DNA of 64,000 nucleotides from Planctomycetota bacterium (GTDB taxonomy: Bacteria > Planctomycetota > Phycisphaerae > UBA1845), in NCBI GenBank assembly GCA_043803085.1, contig JAZDKM010000288.1, positions 3,063 through 67,062 of the forward strand, given 5' to 3'. The notes under the pieces are model-generated. The model was not told the origin of the DNA. It saw nothing but the letters and a program-made list of their open reading frames with translations, and searched no databases. Shown one piece after another: positions 35,541-46,011 of the stretch (position 1 is its first letter; every line of letters starts with the position of its first letter). The translations under genes and the position numbers were made by a program.

Positions 35541-36881
35541 ATGGCGCTTCCCGTGGTGGCCATCGTCGGCCGACCCAACGTCGGCAAGAGTTCGCTGCTC
35601 AACAGCGTGGCCCGGCGGATGGTGAGCATCGTTGAGCCCACCGCGGGCGTCACGCGCGATCGCGTCAGCAAAGTCATCAGCCTCCGCGATGATTTCTACT
35701 TCGAGCTGGTCGACACCGGCGGCTGGGGGGTCGAAGACCCGGACCAACTCACCGACCAGATCGAACGGCAAATCCTCTTGGCCCTCGAGCAGGCAGCCTT
35801 GATCCTGTTTGTGGTCGATGCCCAGGCCGGCATCATGCCGTTGGACCGGGAGGTGGCCGAACTCCTGCGCAGGCAGACAGACCGGGTCGTGCTGCTCGCC
35901 AACAAAGTGGACGATCCGGCCCACGAGCCCGCCGCGGCGGAATTCGGACGGTTGGGCTATGGCCAACCGCTGTTGCTTTCGGCGGTCCACCACTACGGGC
36001 GGAGCGACTTGATGGCGGTCATCGCCGAGCGGCTGGCGGGCCTGGCGGGACCGGCCCCGGCAGAACCGGTCATGAAGGTGGCTTTGGTCGGCCGACGCAA
36101 CACGGGCAAGAGCACCTTCATTAACGCGCTGGCCGGCGAGGAGCGCGTCATCGTCAGCGAAAAGCCCGGCACCACCCGCGATGCGATCGACGTCACCTTT
36201 GAGCAGGGCGGACGCACCTTCGTCGCCATCGACACCGCCGGGGTGCGCAAAAAGCGCAAGATGGCCGACGCCATCGAGTACTACGGATACACCCGCGCGG
36301 AGGGTTCCATCCGGCGTGCCGACGTCGTGCTTCTGTTCCTCGACGCGCCCGAGCCGGTCAGCCGGGTGGACAAGAAGCTCGCGGCCTTGATCCGGGCGGA
36401 GTACAGGCCCTGCGTCGTGGTGGTCAACAAGTGGGACCTGGCCAAGGGGCGCGTGACCACCGAAGAATTCGGCGCCTATCTCAGCAAGGTGTTCATGGAG
36501 TTGGATTATGCTCCGGTTGTGTTCACCACCGCCACTACGGACCACAACGTCGACGCCGCCATCGACGTGGCCTGGTCCTTGTTTAAGCAGGCCGACATCC
36601 GGCTGGCTACCGGTCCGTTGAACGCCGTCCTGGGCGCGATTCTCGAAAGCCGCGGGCCGTCGGCCAAACGCGGCACCAAGCCGCCGCGCATCTACTATGC
36701 GACCCAGGTGGCCTCGCGCCCGCCGACCCTGGTCCTGTTCGTGAACCACCCGGACCTGGTGACCCAGGAGTACGAACGGTATCTGCTTAACCGCTTGCGC
36801 GAACGTTTGCCTTTTCAGGAGGTGCCGATAAGATTGGTGTTTCGAGCGCGACGGGCCGCCGGTGCGCGGTCGTCCTCCTGA
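35541..36881 (+). CDS. der: ribosome-biogenesis GTPase Der (EngA)
   Basis: Two G domains ('VAIVGRPNVGKSSL', 'VALVGRRNTGKSTF') and a KH-like C-terminus. Confidence 0.95.
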   Translation: MALPVVAIVGRPNVGKSSLLNSVARRMVSIVEPTAGVTRDRVSKVISLRDDFYFELVDTGGWGVEDPDQLTDQIERQILLALEQAALILFVVDAQAGIMPLDREVAELLRRQTDRVVLLANKVDDPAHEPAAAEFGRLGYGQPLLLSAVHHYGRSDLMAVIAERLAGLAGPAPAEPVMKVALVGRRNTGKSTFINALAGEERVIVSEKPGTTRDAIDVTFEQGGRTFVAIDTAGVRKKRKMADAIEYYGYTRAEGSIRRADVVLLFLDAPEPVSRVDKKLAALIRAEYRPCVVVVNKWDLAKGRVTTEEFGAYLSKVFMELDYAPVVFTTATTDHNVDAAIDVAWSLFKQADIRLATGPLNAVLGAILESRGPSAKRGTKPPRIYYATQVASRPPTLVLFVNHPDLVTQEYERYLLNRLRERLPFQEVPIRLVFRARRAAGARSSS

Positions 36882-36939
36882 GGTTGGCGGCCGGCCCCTC
36901 GGTGAACCGCGGCTCGTGCCGGCGGTGCGGAGGCCCGAG

Positions 36940-37461
36940 ATGAGCATCGAATTTCACTGTCCGATGTGTCGAAAGCTGATTCGCGCGCCGGCCACTGCCG
37001 GCGGCAAACGCGGCAAATGCCCTTATTGCAAGGAGAGCGTCTACGTCCCCATGCCGCCCGAGGAGCGTGAAGAGATCCCTTTGGCCCCCCTTGACCCGAA
37101 CGAAGAGGCCCGCGAGCACCAACTGCTCGACGAAGCCCGCCGCCTGACCACCGCGCTCGATAAGGAAGAGCCGGCCAAATATGACACGGGTGGGGAGGTG
37201 CCGGATACCGGAAGCGGCGTGGTGCTGCCACGCGACTTCGACGTCGATGTCCCGGAGTCGGTGAACGACTTCCTTGCGGCCATGGCTGCGTCAGACATGG
37301 GTCGGGCCGACGTCGCCACCCGTCAACTCAAGAAACACGCCGCCGAGGCCAAAGAACACGTGCGACAACTCATCGCAGAGGAGTCGCCGTCCGCCGACTT
37401 GGGCAACATCCCCCTACCGGTTTACAAAGGCTTCCTGCGCTCCTTGCTGGAACTGCTGTAA
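36940..37461 (+). CDS. zinc-ribbon protein, unknown function
   Basis: ATG at 36940 is preceded by GGAGG. 'CPMCRKLIRAPATAGGKRGKCPYC' is followed by an acidic helical tail. The track ORF starts at 36862. Confidence 0.6.
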   Translation: MSIEFHCPMCRKLIRAPATAGGKRGKCPYCKESVYVPMPPEEREEIPLAPLDPNEEAREHQLLDEARRLTTALDKEEPAKYDTGGEVPDTGSGVVLPRDFDVDVPESVNDFLAAMAASDMGRADVATRQLKKHAAEAKEHVRQLIAEESPSADLGNIPLPVYKGFLRSLLELL

Positions 37462-37507
37462 CCGGTGCAGGTGAGACCCGCCCGTTGCGTGCGTCGGCAG
37501 CCCGCCA

Positions 37508-37942
37508 CTAATCGAAATGAAACTCCATGCCGACGAAGTAGCCCTGGTGCATCTCCGTGCAATGCCGCACCGTTGCCTTGCCGTGGTAGCTCGCCTGGGG
37601 GAGATGGATCGCGATAGGCAGGGTGGCTCCGATCGGCAGAGGTTGGTCCGTCCGCACCCCGAGCCCGTGCGCGCTGAGGTTGCAGCAAGTCCCAAAGATC
37701 AATTGCTCCGCCCCGCCTTTGCCGGTGACCCACAACTGCGTGGCCCCGGGGAAGGGCCAGCGCGGCGCCCGACGTTTACCGTTTTCAGGTCCCGGCCCCT
37801 CTATCGCACGATGGGCCTGCACCAACTCGGCCACGGAATCGACGGTCAACAGAATGATTTCCTCAGCATCCACGGCTTGACCTTTCCTATAGGGATGACT
37901 TGGTCCCGCTCCCGCATGCGCGTCTCCGACGAGGTTCACCAA
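37508..37942 (-). CDS. PilZ-domain protein (putative c-di-GMP receptor)
   Basis: 'KRRAPRW' (RxxxR) and 'CNLSAHGLGV' (D/NxSxxG) have PilZ-like spacing. Confidence 0.65.
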   Translation of the reverse strand: MVNLVGDAHAGAGPSHPYRKGQAVDAEEIILLTVDSVAELVQAHRAIEGPGPENGKRRAPRWPFPGATQLWVTGKGGAEQLIFGTCCNLSAHGLGVRTDQPLPIGATLPIAIHLPQASYHGKATVRHCTEMHQGYFVGMEFHFD

Positions 37943-37948
37943 GCGCCG

Positions 37949-38278
37949 CTACAGCTCCGGCGGGACCAGTAACACCTGCGTCACCTCCGCCACCTCCTGA
38001 CGCAGCTTCCGCTCCACCCCCATCGTCAGAGTCATTTGCGACATGGGACACCCCACGCACGCTCCTTGCAGCCGCACGTGGACCTCGCCTTGCTCGCTCA
38101 CGTGCACCAGGGCGATGTCCCCGCCGTCCCGTTGAATAAACGGGCGGATTTCGTCAATGACGCTCTGTACCCGGTCCCGCATGGAGCGGGCGGGTGACCC
38201 CGACTGGTCTTCTGTGGTCATGGTTTGAATCCCGACGAGGACCCTATCGCCCCGCTCGACCCCCGTCAACAAAGCCAT
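37949..38278 (-). CDS. NifU-like (Nfu-type) Fe-S cluster protein
   Basis: 'IRPFIQRDGGDIALV...LQGACVGCPMSQMTL' is the NifU C-terminal domain with CxxC. Confidence 0.85.
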   Translation of the reverse strand: MALLTGVERGDRVLVGIQTMTTEDQSGSPARSMRDRVQSVIDEIRPFIQRDGGDIALVHVSEQGEVHVRLQGACVGCPMSQMTLTMGVERKLRQEVAEVTQVLLVPPEL

Positions 38279-38447
38279 TATAGCTTTCGAATGTCCTGCG
38301 GCAATCGGGCGGCCACAGGTCGGTCACCAACCGAAGGCATGGCTGCGGCGGCCGGGGATCGGTTCTTGACACGTACAGACACGCCTGATTACTCTGTGGT
38401 TTTCATCGGTGCGCGCGGCCCGGGAGTTGATCCAAAGGAGCTCGGCT

Positions 38448-39503
38448 TTGAACCCGTGTAGTATCTTCGTCGTGGTTTCGATTACGATCTGGCTGGGCCT
38501 CGTTTCCCCCACGTCCGCGCAGGCCCCGGAAGAGGTCACCCTCGACGCGGTTCGCACCCGCACGACCATCCAGCCCGACGAGCCGGCCATTGACGCTTGG
38601 ATCACCTACCGGCTCAAGAAACTGAGAGAAGACCTACAGGTGTCGCCCAGCGAGGCGGACGACGCCCTCCTGCAGGCTTACCGGACCCAGTACAACCACC
38701 CCGAGAATTCCGCGAGCTTCAAGACGCGGTTTCTGGAGCAAACCAGTCAACGCTTCGCAGCAGAGTTTGAGAAAGGCCAGGGCTTGGAAGCGGCGGTCGG
38801 GCTGGCCCTGGCGCAGGTCCTCGCGGACCTCAAGGAACTCGGTGCCATCCCGGGGCTGGCGGCGGGCCTGAAAGCCACAGGCCAACCCGGCGTGCGCTAC
38901 ACCTGTGCGAAGACGTTCGCCGCACTCATCCCGACGATCCAGGCCGATAAGGAACGAACCAAGACCACCATCCAACTGCTCCGCGAGGTCGGGGCCCGAG
39001 AGGCCAACGGCGTGGTCCTTGCCCGCATTTATGAGGCGTTATTCTACAAAGATGCGAATCTCGAACCCGCGGTGGAAGCGATCCTCGAGGTGATCAAGGG
39101 GCAACTGCGTATGCGCGAACAGGGCTCTCCGGCCGCCGACGGGGCGGAAGAAGTCGCCTTGAAATTTCTCCGCGACGAAGCCAACAACCTTCAGGCCAAG
39201 AACCGCCTGGTGGCCGTCCTGGCGGCCTACCTGCGCCTGGACGTCGAACGCTATCTCACCCAAGGCATCTCGGCCGACGAGCAGTATCATATCGAGGTGA
39301 CCACCGACGCGACGGAAAACTTGTTGCTGCGGTCGGCGGCCCCGTCGCCAGCGCCGAACCTCCGCGAGGCCATGAAGAAGGCGGAGAACCGGGACGTCAC
39401 CCTACCGTTGGAACTGAACAAGTGGATCGGCACCCCCCAGACCAAGGGGGTGCTCAACAATCCGCCCTGGAACGTGGCGGTGGGGGCCCCGATCCCCGAG
39501 TGA
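38448..39503 (+). CDS. hypothetical secreted alpha-helical repeat protein
   Basis: TTG at 38448 follows AAGGAG by 7 nt and yields the signal peptide LNPCSIFVVVSITIWLGLVSPTSAQA. The track ORF starts at 38409. No family recognised. Confidence 0.6.
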   Translation: MNPCSIFVVVSITIWLGLVSPTSAQAPEEVTLDAVRTRTTIQPDEPAIDAWITYRLKKLREDLQVSPSEADDALLQAYRTQYNHPENSASFKTRFLEQTSQRFAAEFEKGQGLEAAVGLALAQVLADLKELGAIPGLAAGLKATGQPGVRYTCAKTFAALIPTIQADKERTKTTIQLLREVGAREANGVVLARIYEALFYKDANLEPAVEAILEVIKGQLRMREQGSPAADGAEEVALKFLRDEANNLQAKNRLVAVLAAYLRLDVERYLTQGISADEQYHIEVTTDATENLLLRSAAPSPAPNLREAMKKAENRDVTLPLELNKWIGTPQTKGVLNNPPWNVAVGAPIPE

Positions 39504-39595
39504 CCCCTCCGAAAACCGAAACGTGACCGTACGGGAGCGGTGCAATTGCGAGTTGAAAAGCACCCCACGGTGAGCGGTCGGGCAGCGGAACGGGC

Positions 39596-41668
39596 ATGTT
39601 TCGCGTTTTGATGATCGTTACCCTGCTCTCGCTGGCCCTCGTGGCGGCGGTGATCACCACCGCACAGGACTCCACGCGGGGCGACTTCGTCTATGCCGAG
39701 GCCTCGGACCTCAACACGCTTGACCCGGCCCAGATGAGCTGGACCAAGGACATCCGCATCGCCATCAACATCTGGGAAGGTCTGACCACTTATCACCCCC
39801 AGACGACCGAACCGATGGAGGGCGCTGCTTACTTCCCCCCGGACATCTCGTCCGACGGGCTGACTTACGAGTTCAACATCCGGCCGGACGCGCGCTGGTC
39901 TAACGGCGAACGGGTCACGGCCGGCGATTTCGTGCGTGGATGGCGCCGGGCCATCGAACCCGGGACCGCCATGGACTATGCCGGGCTGCTGATGGACCAT
40001 ATCGCGGGCCTGCGCGAGTACTACGAGTGGCGGAACCGGGCGGTATCGGTACTCACGGCCTTGAGTCGCTTGGCCGGCGGTTGGACCATCGACGCCGCGG
40101 GCGCGCGGGCCCTTTATGAACACACGGACCTTCCGGAAATAACGACAGCAGCTGGCAGGCTGGAAGCCTGCGCTACAGCAGGGGCACGCCCCGGCCGGCC
40201 GACGGGTAGGGATCGGCCCGCGGAGGCTTCGCCTGCTCGCGAAGTGGGGAGAGAGACCGCCGAAGGTTTCTATCGTGCGCTAGCCGACGATTTGTCCGCC
40301 CGCGACGCGGACTGGACTGCCATCCACCGCGAGTGGCTCCACCGTCATGCCGGGGAGTGCGACGAGCACTTCGCCCGGACCGGCATCCGTGCCGTCAACG
40401 ATTCGACGCTACGGCTCACGCTGGTCAGGCCTTGCGTGTACTTTCTCGACCTGTGCGCTTTCCCCACCTTTGTGCCCATCCACGAGAGCATCGAGCGACT
40501 CCGCGAACATTTCGACGGGGTTCCGCTCACCCGTGAGGGACTGGTCATCTACGATCAGCAGTGGACCAAACCGGCCTACCCGGTGCGGGGGTACGTAGGC
40601 TTGATCACGAACGGACCGTACAGGCTTGCCGAATGGTCGTTCAAGCGTCGCGTCCGTCTGGTACGCAACCCCCACCATCGCGACTACGCCCGGACTGCGT
40701 GCGCCACCATCGACCGCGTGGCCTACAGTGACGCGAATACGGCGGTGATGGCCTATGAGGCCGGCGAAGTGGACTTCCTGCCGGATATGAGGGTCCACTA
40801 CGACCACCGGCTGATCGAGCTGGCGGTGCAGGGCCTGCGTCCCGATCTCCACAACCCCGTCGTGCTGGCCACGCACTTCTGCATCTTCAACTGCCGCGAC
40901 GCGGAAGTGCTTGGACGCCCCAACCCTCTCCTGGACGTTCGCGTGCGGCGGGCGTTCAACCTGGCCACCGACAAGAAGCTGCTGGTCGAGAAGGTTTTGC
41001 AGCGCGGCGAGCCGGCCTCGGGTAACCTCGTGCCGGTCGGGAGCATCCCGGGCTATGCATCGCCGACCCCGTTGGGCTACGACCCGGCCGAGGCCCGGCG
41101 GCTGCTGGCGGAGGCGGGTTATCCCGGCGGCGCGGGGTTGCCGCCGATCGACCTGCTCTACAGTACCGCCGGCGGCGACGAAAAGATGTGCGAGGTCCTG
41201 GCCCGCATGTGGGGCGATGCCTTGGGCGTCCGGGTCGAGCTGCGTGCCAAAGAACCCAAGACGTTCGCCGAGGACAAAGTCAACGGAACGTACATGATCG
41301 CCCAGGCCAACTGGTACGGCGACTACAACGACCCCACGACCTTTCTCGACATCTTCCGCGCGGGGAACGGCAACAACGACGCCGGCTATGCCAACCTCGC
41401 CTACGACGAACTGCTCGACTCAGCACTCGGCACTCCGCATGCGGCACAGGGCTCTTCCTCCCGCATGGCCCTGCTCGCTCGCGCCGAGGCGATTCTGATC
41501 CGCGATGATTGCCCCCTGCTGCCCCTGTATCAACTCACGAACCTGATGGCCATCAAACCCTCTGTACGAGGTTTGTATCCCAACCCACGACTGCTCTATC
41601 CTTTTCGCTATGTGAGGATCACCAGCCGTAAAACGGCTGGCCTACGGCCCTGCGGGGAAGGCCGCTGA
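39596..41668 (+). CDS. ABC transporter substrate-binding protein, family 5 (peptide/nickel type)
   Basis: Signal peptide, 'LNTLDPAQMSWTKDIRI', 'WSNGERVTAGDFV', and C-terminal 'WYGDYNDPTTFL'. Contains an atypical segment at 40139-40258 (see findings). Confidence 0.85.
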   Translation: MFRVLMIVTLLSLALVAAVITTAQDSTRGDFVYAEASDLNTLDPAQMSWTKDIRIAINIWEGLTTYHPQTTEPMEGAAYFPPDISSDGLTYEFNIRPDARWSNGERVTAGDFVRGWRRAIEPGTAMDYAGLLMDHIAGLREYYEWRNRAVSVLTALSRLAGGWTIDAAGARALYEHTDLPEITTAAGRLEACATAGARPGRPTGRDRPAEASPAREVGRETAEGFYRALADDLSARDADWTAIHREWLHRHAGECDEHFARTGIRAVNDSTLRLTLVRPCVYFLDLCAFPTFVPIHESIERLREHFDGVPLTREGLVIYDQQWTKPAYPVRGYVGLITNGPYRLAEWSFKRRVRLVRNPHHRDYARTACATIDRVAYSDANTAVMAYEAGEVDFLPDMRVHYDHRLIELAVQGLRPDLHNPVVLATHFCIFNCRDAEVLGRPNPLLDVRVRRAFNLATDKKLLVEKVLQRGEPASGNLVPVGSIPGYASPTPLGYDPAEARRLLAEAGYPGGAGLPPIDLLYSTAGGDEKMCEVLARMWGDALGVRVELRAKEPKTFAEDKVNGTYMIAQANWYGDYNDPTTFLDIFRAGNGNNDAGYANLAYDELLDSALGTPHAAQGSSSRMALLARAEAILIRDDCPLLPLYQLTNLMAIKPSVRGLYPNPRLLYPFRYVRITSRKTAGLRPCGEGR

Positions 41669-41775
41669 AGCGGCCTGATACGGAGCGTGCACGCTGTCTA
41701 GCAAACGGGACGCCGAACCGTACCATGGGATGTCATGTTAACGCGTATGGGAACGATCCCCGAGCCTGGTAGACC

Positions 41776-42694
41776 ATGACTCAAATTCTTCGTCGGCTAC
41801 TTTTGGGCTTGGCCACCCTGGCGGCCGTTTATTTGCTCACGTTTGTCATGGTCATGGTGGCGCCGGGCAATCCCTTCGCCAATCCTGAGCGCAACCTGCC
41901 CCCTGAGGTGCTCAAAGCGCTGGAAGCCCGTTACAGCACGGATCAGCCGGTGAAGTACTTCTTCGAGTTTCTGGCCGGAGCGGCACGCTTGGATTTCGGC
42001 CCCCTCTTTTCAATATAAGGACTGGACCTGCACCCAAATTATCGCCGACGCCCTGCCCGTCTCCCTGACGCTCGGCTTTGTGGCCATTCTGCTCGCCGTT
42101 CTGTTTGGCGTTCCGGTCGGCGTGCTCAGCGCCGTGCACCGCAACGGCTGGTTCGACCTGACCACCATGGGCTTGATCCTGATCGGGATCAGCCTGCCGA
42201 CTTTTGTAACCGGATCGGCCCTGCTCATTGCGTTCACCGTTTTCGCACACTGGTTCCCGATCGGCGGCTGGGGGACGCTGGCCCACGTGCCGCTCCCCGC
42301 GGTGACCCTATCGCTGCCGTTCACGGCCTACATCGCGCGGCTCACCCGCATCGGCATGTTGGATGTGCTCAGCAGCGACTTCGTGCGGACCGGTTTGGCC
42401 AAAGGGTTGCGGCCGCGCGCGGTGATCTGGAAGCATGCGTTCAAGCCGGCGTTCCTGCCGGTGTTGAGTTACCTGGGGCCCGCGGCGGCCCAGGCCATGA
42501 CCGGCTCCTTCGTGGTGGAGAAGGTCTTCGGCGTGCCGGGTCTGGGTCAGCATTTCGTGGATGGGGCGCTCAACCTCGACTGCGGTCTGGTCATGAGCAC
42601 GGTCCTGGTCTTTGCCGTCATCCTCGTGGCCTTCAACACCCTGGTGGACGTGGCCTACGGGCTGGTCGATCCCCGCATCGCGGAGCCCGCGTGA
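41776..42694 (+). pseudogene. ABC peptide-transporter permease (OppB/DppB-like) interrupted by a +1 frameshift
   Basis: The first frame ends at TAA 42016-42018. The shifted frame reads the expected 'FGPSFQYKDWTCTQIIADALPVSLTLGFVAILLAV...'. The shift maps to a C5 run at 42000-42004, where C4 would restore the frame. Confidence 0.8.
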
Positions 42695-43737
42695 TGGCGC
42701 AGGTGGTGCCAAGATCGCTCGCGACTCCGCCCACCAAAGCGTGGGCCCCCCATCGCGGTTGGAGACGTTTCTGCCGCAACCGGCTCGGACTCGGCAGCGC
42801 CGCGTTTCTGGTCCTGTGCCTGATGCTGGTTCTGGCGGCGACGCCGTTCTCGGTGAGTTGGTTCGACCTGCAGAATCTCGAACAGGCCGTTCGCCACCCG
42901 CCCACCGCCACGCCGGTCGATAGCCCGGTCGCTTTCCGCGATCAACTGGGCCGTAACCCTGTCGGACGCTGGTTCACCTGGGCCGGGTCAGCTGCCCATG
43001 GCCTCTCCGGCGGCATGGGCTACGATGCCCTCGGCCGCAGCCTGCTCTATCGTGGGATGCTCGGGTGGCTGGTGAGTCTGGGAATCGGTCTGGCCGCGGC
43101 CACCTTCGCAGTGGCTTTGGGCACGCTGTGGGGTGCGGCCGCGGCCCTCGCCGGCGGAAGGGCGGATGTTCTATTAATGCGGGTGGTTGATGTGCTCTAC
43201 GGCCTCCCGTACGTGCTTCTGGTCATCCTGCTGAAAGTCGGGCTCGAAGGGCCGCTGCGCACGCTCCTCGGTCAGCGGGCCGAGGTGGCTAACCTCGTCA
43301 TTCTGTTCATCGCCATCGGTTCGGTGAGTTGGCTGACGCCCGCGCGGGTGGTGCGCGGCCAGGTGCTCTCGCTCTCCCAGCAAGTCTTTGTGGAAGCGGC
43401 GCGGGCGAGTGGCGCGGGCACCTTTCGCATCCTGTGGCGGCACCTGCTGCCCAATTTGGTCGGCCCGGTGATGGTCTGCGCCACGCTCGTCGTCCCACAA
43501 GCCATTCTGCAGGAGTCGTTTCTAAGCTTCCTGGGTATCGGGATCCGGGCACCGATCCCGTCGCTCGGTCGGTTGGCGGCGGACGGTGTCCAGGCGGTCA
43601 ACACCTTTGTCGGTTTTTGGTGGCTGATCACCTTCCCCTGCGTCATACTGGTGGCCACGCTGGTGGCGCTGAGTTTTTTGGGCGACGGGCTTCGCGACGC
43701 CTTCGACCCAAAATCCTCGGCCGCCCCGATGGTGTGA
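42691..43737 (+). CDS. ABC peptide-transporter permease (OppC/DppC-like)
   Basis: EAA-type loop 'FVEAARASGAGTFRILWRHLLPN' and about 6 TM helices. The start overlaps the upstream stop. Confidence 0.85.
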   Translation: MMAQVVPRSLATPPTKAWAPHRGWRRFCRNRLGLGSAAFLVLCLMLVLAATPFSVSWFDLQNLEQAVRHPPTATPVDSPVAFRDQLGRNPVGRWFTWAGSAAHGLSGGMGYDALGRSLLYRGMLGWLVSLGIGLAAATFAVALGTLWGAAAALAGGRADVLLMRVVDVLYGLPYVLLVILLKVGLEGPLRTLLGQRAEVANLVILFIAIGSVSWLTPARVVRGQVLSLSQQVFVEAARASGAGTFRILWRHLLPNLVGPVMVCATLVVPQAILQESFLSFLGIGIRAPIPSLGRLAADGVQAVNTFVGFWWLITFPCVILVATLVALSFLGDGLRDAFDPKSSAAPMV

Positions 43738-43746
43738 GGAAGTTCA

Positions 43747-44826
43747 ATGCCCGATCACCCGGAAACACTCCTGGAGGTTGCCGACCTGCGGACGGAGTTT
43801 GCCGCGGACAGCGGCACGGTGACCGCGGTGGACGGCGTCTCCCTGACCGTCCCGCGGGGTCAGACGGTGGCCCTGCTGGGTGAGAGTGGCTGCGGGAAGA
43901 GTGTCACTGCTCTGTCGCTCATGCGGCTGATCCCCTCCCCCCCGGGCCGCCTCCGTACCGGCCGGGTCGTCCTCTATCCCGAATCCGGCGGCGCCGGCGT
44001 CGATCTCCTGGCCCTCTCCGAAAAACAGATGCGCTCGATCCGTGGACGCCGGCTGGCCATGGTCTTTCAGGAGCCGATGACCTCCCTCAATCCAGTCTTC
44101 ACCGTCGGGGCCCAGATCGTCGAAGCCATTGAGTTGCACCAGCACCTTCGCGGTCGGGCGGCCTGGAAGCTCGCCCAGGACATGCTCGAGCGGGTGGGCA
44201 TCCCTGACCCGCCAGGTTGCGTCCGCGAGTATCCCCACCAACTGTCCGGCGGCATGCAGCAGCGCGTCATGATTGCCATGGCCCTCGCCTGCCGGCCTCT
44301 GCTCTTGATCGCCGACGAGCCCACCACCGCCCTTGACGTGACCACCCAAGCGCAGATCCTCGATCTCCTCCGCACCTTGCAAGCCGACACCGGCATGAGC
44401 CTCCTCATCATCTCCCACGATCTGGGTGTAGTGGCCCAGATCGCCAATTGGGTCTATGTCATGTACGCGGGAAAAATCGTCGAGTACGGCCCTATCCAGG
44501 CAATCTTCGAGCGTCCGGCCCATCCTTACACGCAGGCCCTCTTCCGATGTACGCCGCGAATCGAACGCACCATCGAACGTTTACAAGTGATCCCTGGCAG
44601 CGTGCCCGACCCCGCTGACTATCCTAGCGGTTGCCGATTTCATCCGCGGTGTGCCCTCACGGAACGTCTCGCGCGGGAAACGGGGCGTCCGACGGCGACC
44701 GTACATCGTGGCGAAGAGCCGCTCACGGTTGTGGCCTCGTGCCGCGACGGCCATGACCATGATGGGCAGGGGCCGCCGCTCCGCCAAGTGGACCCAGGCC
44801 ATTTCGCGGCCTGTCGGGAACTCTGA
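43747..44826 (+). CDS. ABC transporter ATP-binding protein (OppD/DppD-like)
   Basis: Walker A 'GESGCGKS', signature 'LSGGMQQR', Walker B '[12 protein letters not shown]', and the oligopeptide C-terminal domain '[10 protein letters not shown]'. Confidence 0.9.
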   Translation: MPDHPETLLEVADLRTEFAADSGTVTAVDGVSLTVPRGQTVALLGESGCGKSVTALSLMRLIPSPPGRLRTGRVVLYPESGGAGVDLLALSEKQMRSIRGRRLAMVFQEPMTSLNPVFTVGAQIVEAIELHQHLRGRAAWKLAQDMLERVGIPDPPGCVREYPHQLSGGMQQRVMIAMALACRPLLLIADEPTTALDVTTQAQILDLLRTLQADTGMSLLIISHDLGVVAQIANWVYVMYAGKIVEYGPIQAIFERPAHPYTQALFRCTPRIERTIERLQVIPGSVPDPADYPSGCRFHPRCALTERLARETGRPTATVHRGEEPLTVVASCRDGHDHDGQGPPLRQVDPGHFAACREL

Positions 44827-44827
44827 G

Positions 44828-45873
44828 ATGAGCACTGGGCCACTCAGCACTCAGCACGCAACACTAGGCCCTCCCGCGGCTGGTAGCCAACCGCTCCTGA
44901 GCGTACGCAACCTGCGGGTGTACTTTCCTATCCGCCGCGGCGTCTGGGGCCGGACCGTCGGGTGGATCAAGGCCGTAGACAGCATCAGCTTCGACATTCC
45001 TTGCGGACAGACCCTCGGTTTAGTCGGCGAGAGTGGGTGCGGAAAGACGACGGCCGGCCGCGCGATCCTATGTCTGGTTCCCGCTACCGGAGGGCAAGTG
45101 CTCTACGACGGCCAGGACGTCTTGGGCCTCAAGCGCCGCGAATTGCGCGCCCAGCGCCGCCGCATGCAGATCGTCTTCCAGGACCCCTACGGCAGTCTCA
45201 ACCCGCGCATGACCATCGAAGACATTGTGGGCGAGCCGCTCGCGGTCCACCGCATCGCCCGCGGGCGACAACGCCGCGAGATGGTCGCCGCCATCTTGGA
45301 GCGGGTCGGCCTGAGCCCCGCGTACATGCACCGCTACCCGCACGAGTTTTCCGGCGGCCAGCGGCAGCGCGTGGCCATCGCCCGGGCCATCGTGCTTATG
45401 CCGCGCTTCGTCGTTTGTGACGAATGCGTCAGCGCCCTCGATGTCTCCGTCCAGGCCCAGATTCTCAATCTACTGAGTGACCTGCAGCGCGACCTCGGGC
45501 TGACCTATCTTTTTATCGCCCACAACCTGGCCGTTGTGCGTCATATCAGTGAGCGGATCGTGGTCATGTATCTCGGGCGAATCGTGGAGATCGGGGATCG
45601 CCGGGACATCTTCGAGGACCCGCGCCACCCCTACACCCGGGCCCTGCTGGCCTCCATCCCCAGTCTCGAACCCGTCGCGCCCGCGGCGGGGGGGCGGCGG
45701 GTGCCGCTCATCGGCGAGGTCCCAGCCCGGCCAACGTACCTTCCGGTTGCCGGTTTCGCACGCGCTGCCCCTTCGCCGCCGACCGATGCCACACGGAGCC
45801 GCCGCTGGAACCCAGGGCCGGCCTCCAGGCCGGCCACCTCGTGGCCTGCCATTACGCCGAAACAACGTTCTGA
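44828..45873 (+). pseudogene. ABC transporter ATP-binding protein (OppF/DppF-like) with a -1 frameshift near the 3' end
   Basis: ATG at 44828 overlaps the upstream stop. Walker A is 'GESGCGKTT' and the signature is 'FSGGQRQR'. After 'LIGEVP' the canonical tail '[30 protein letters not shown]...[13 protein letters not shown]' is in another frame, ending at TGA 45871-45873. A C3 run at 45721-45723 would need to be C4. Confidence 0.8.
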
Positions 45874-46011
45874 AACCGCTTTGCCCGACGAAAAACGGGG
45901 GTTCGGGAATACGAAAACTGCGGCAGTGGTGTATTCCTTTGTGGAACAAGAGAGAAAGAGCGTTGGGGTATAGCCCCAGCAGAGCGTGGCCGGATGAAGG
46001 GAGGCTTTACA

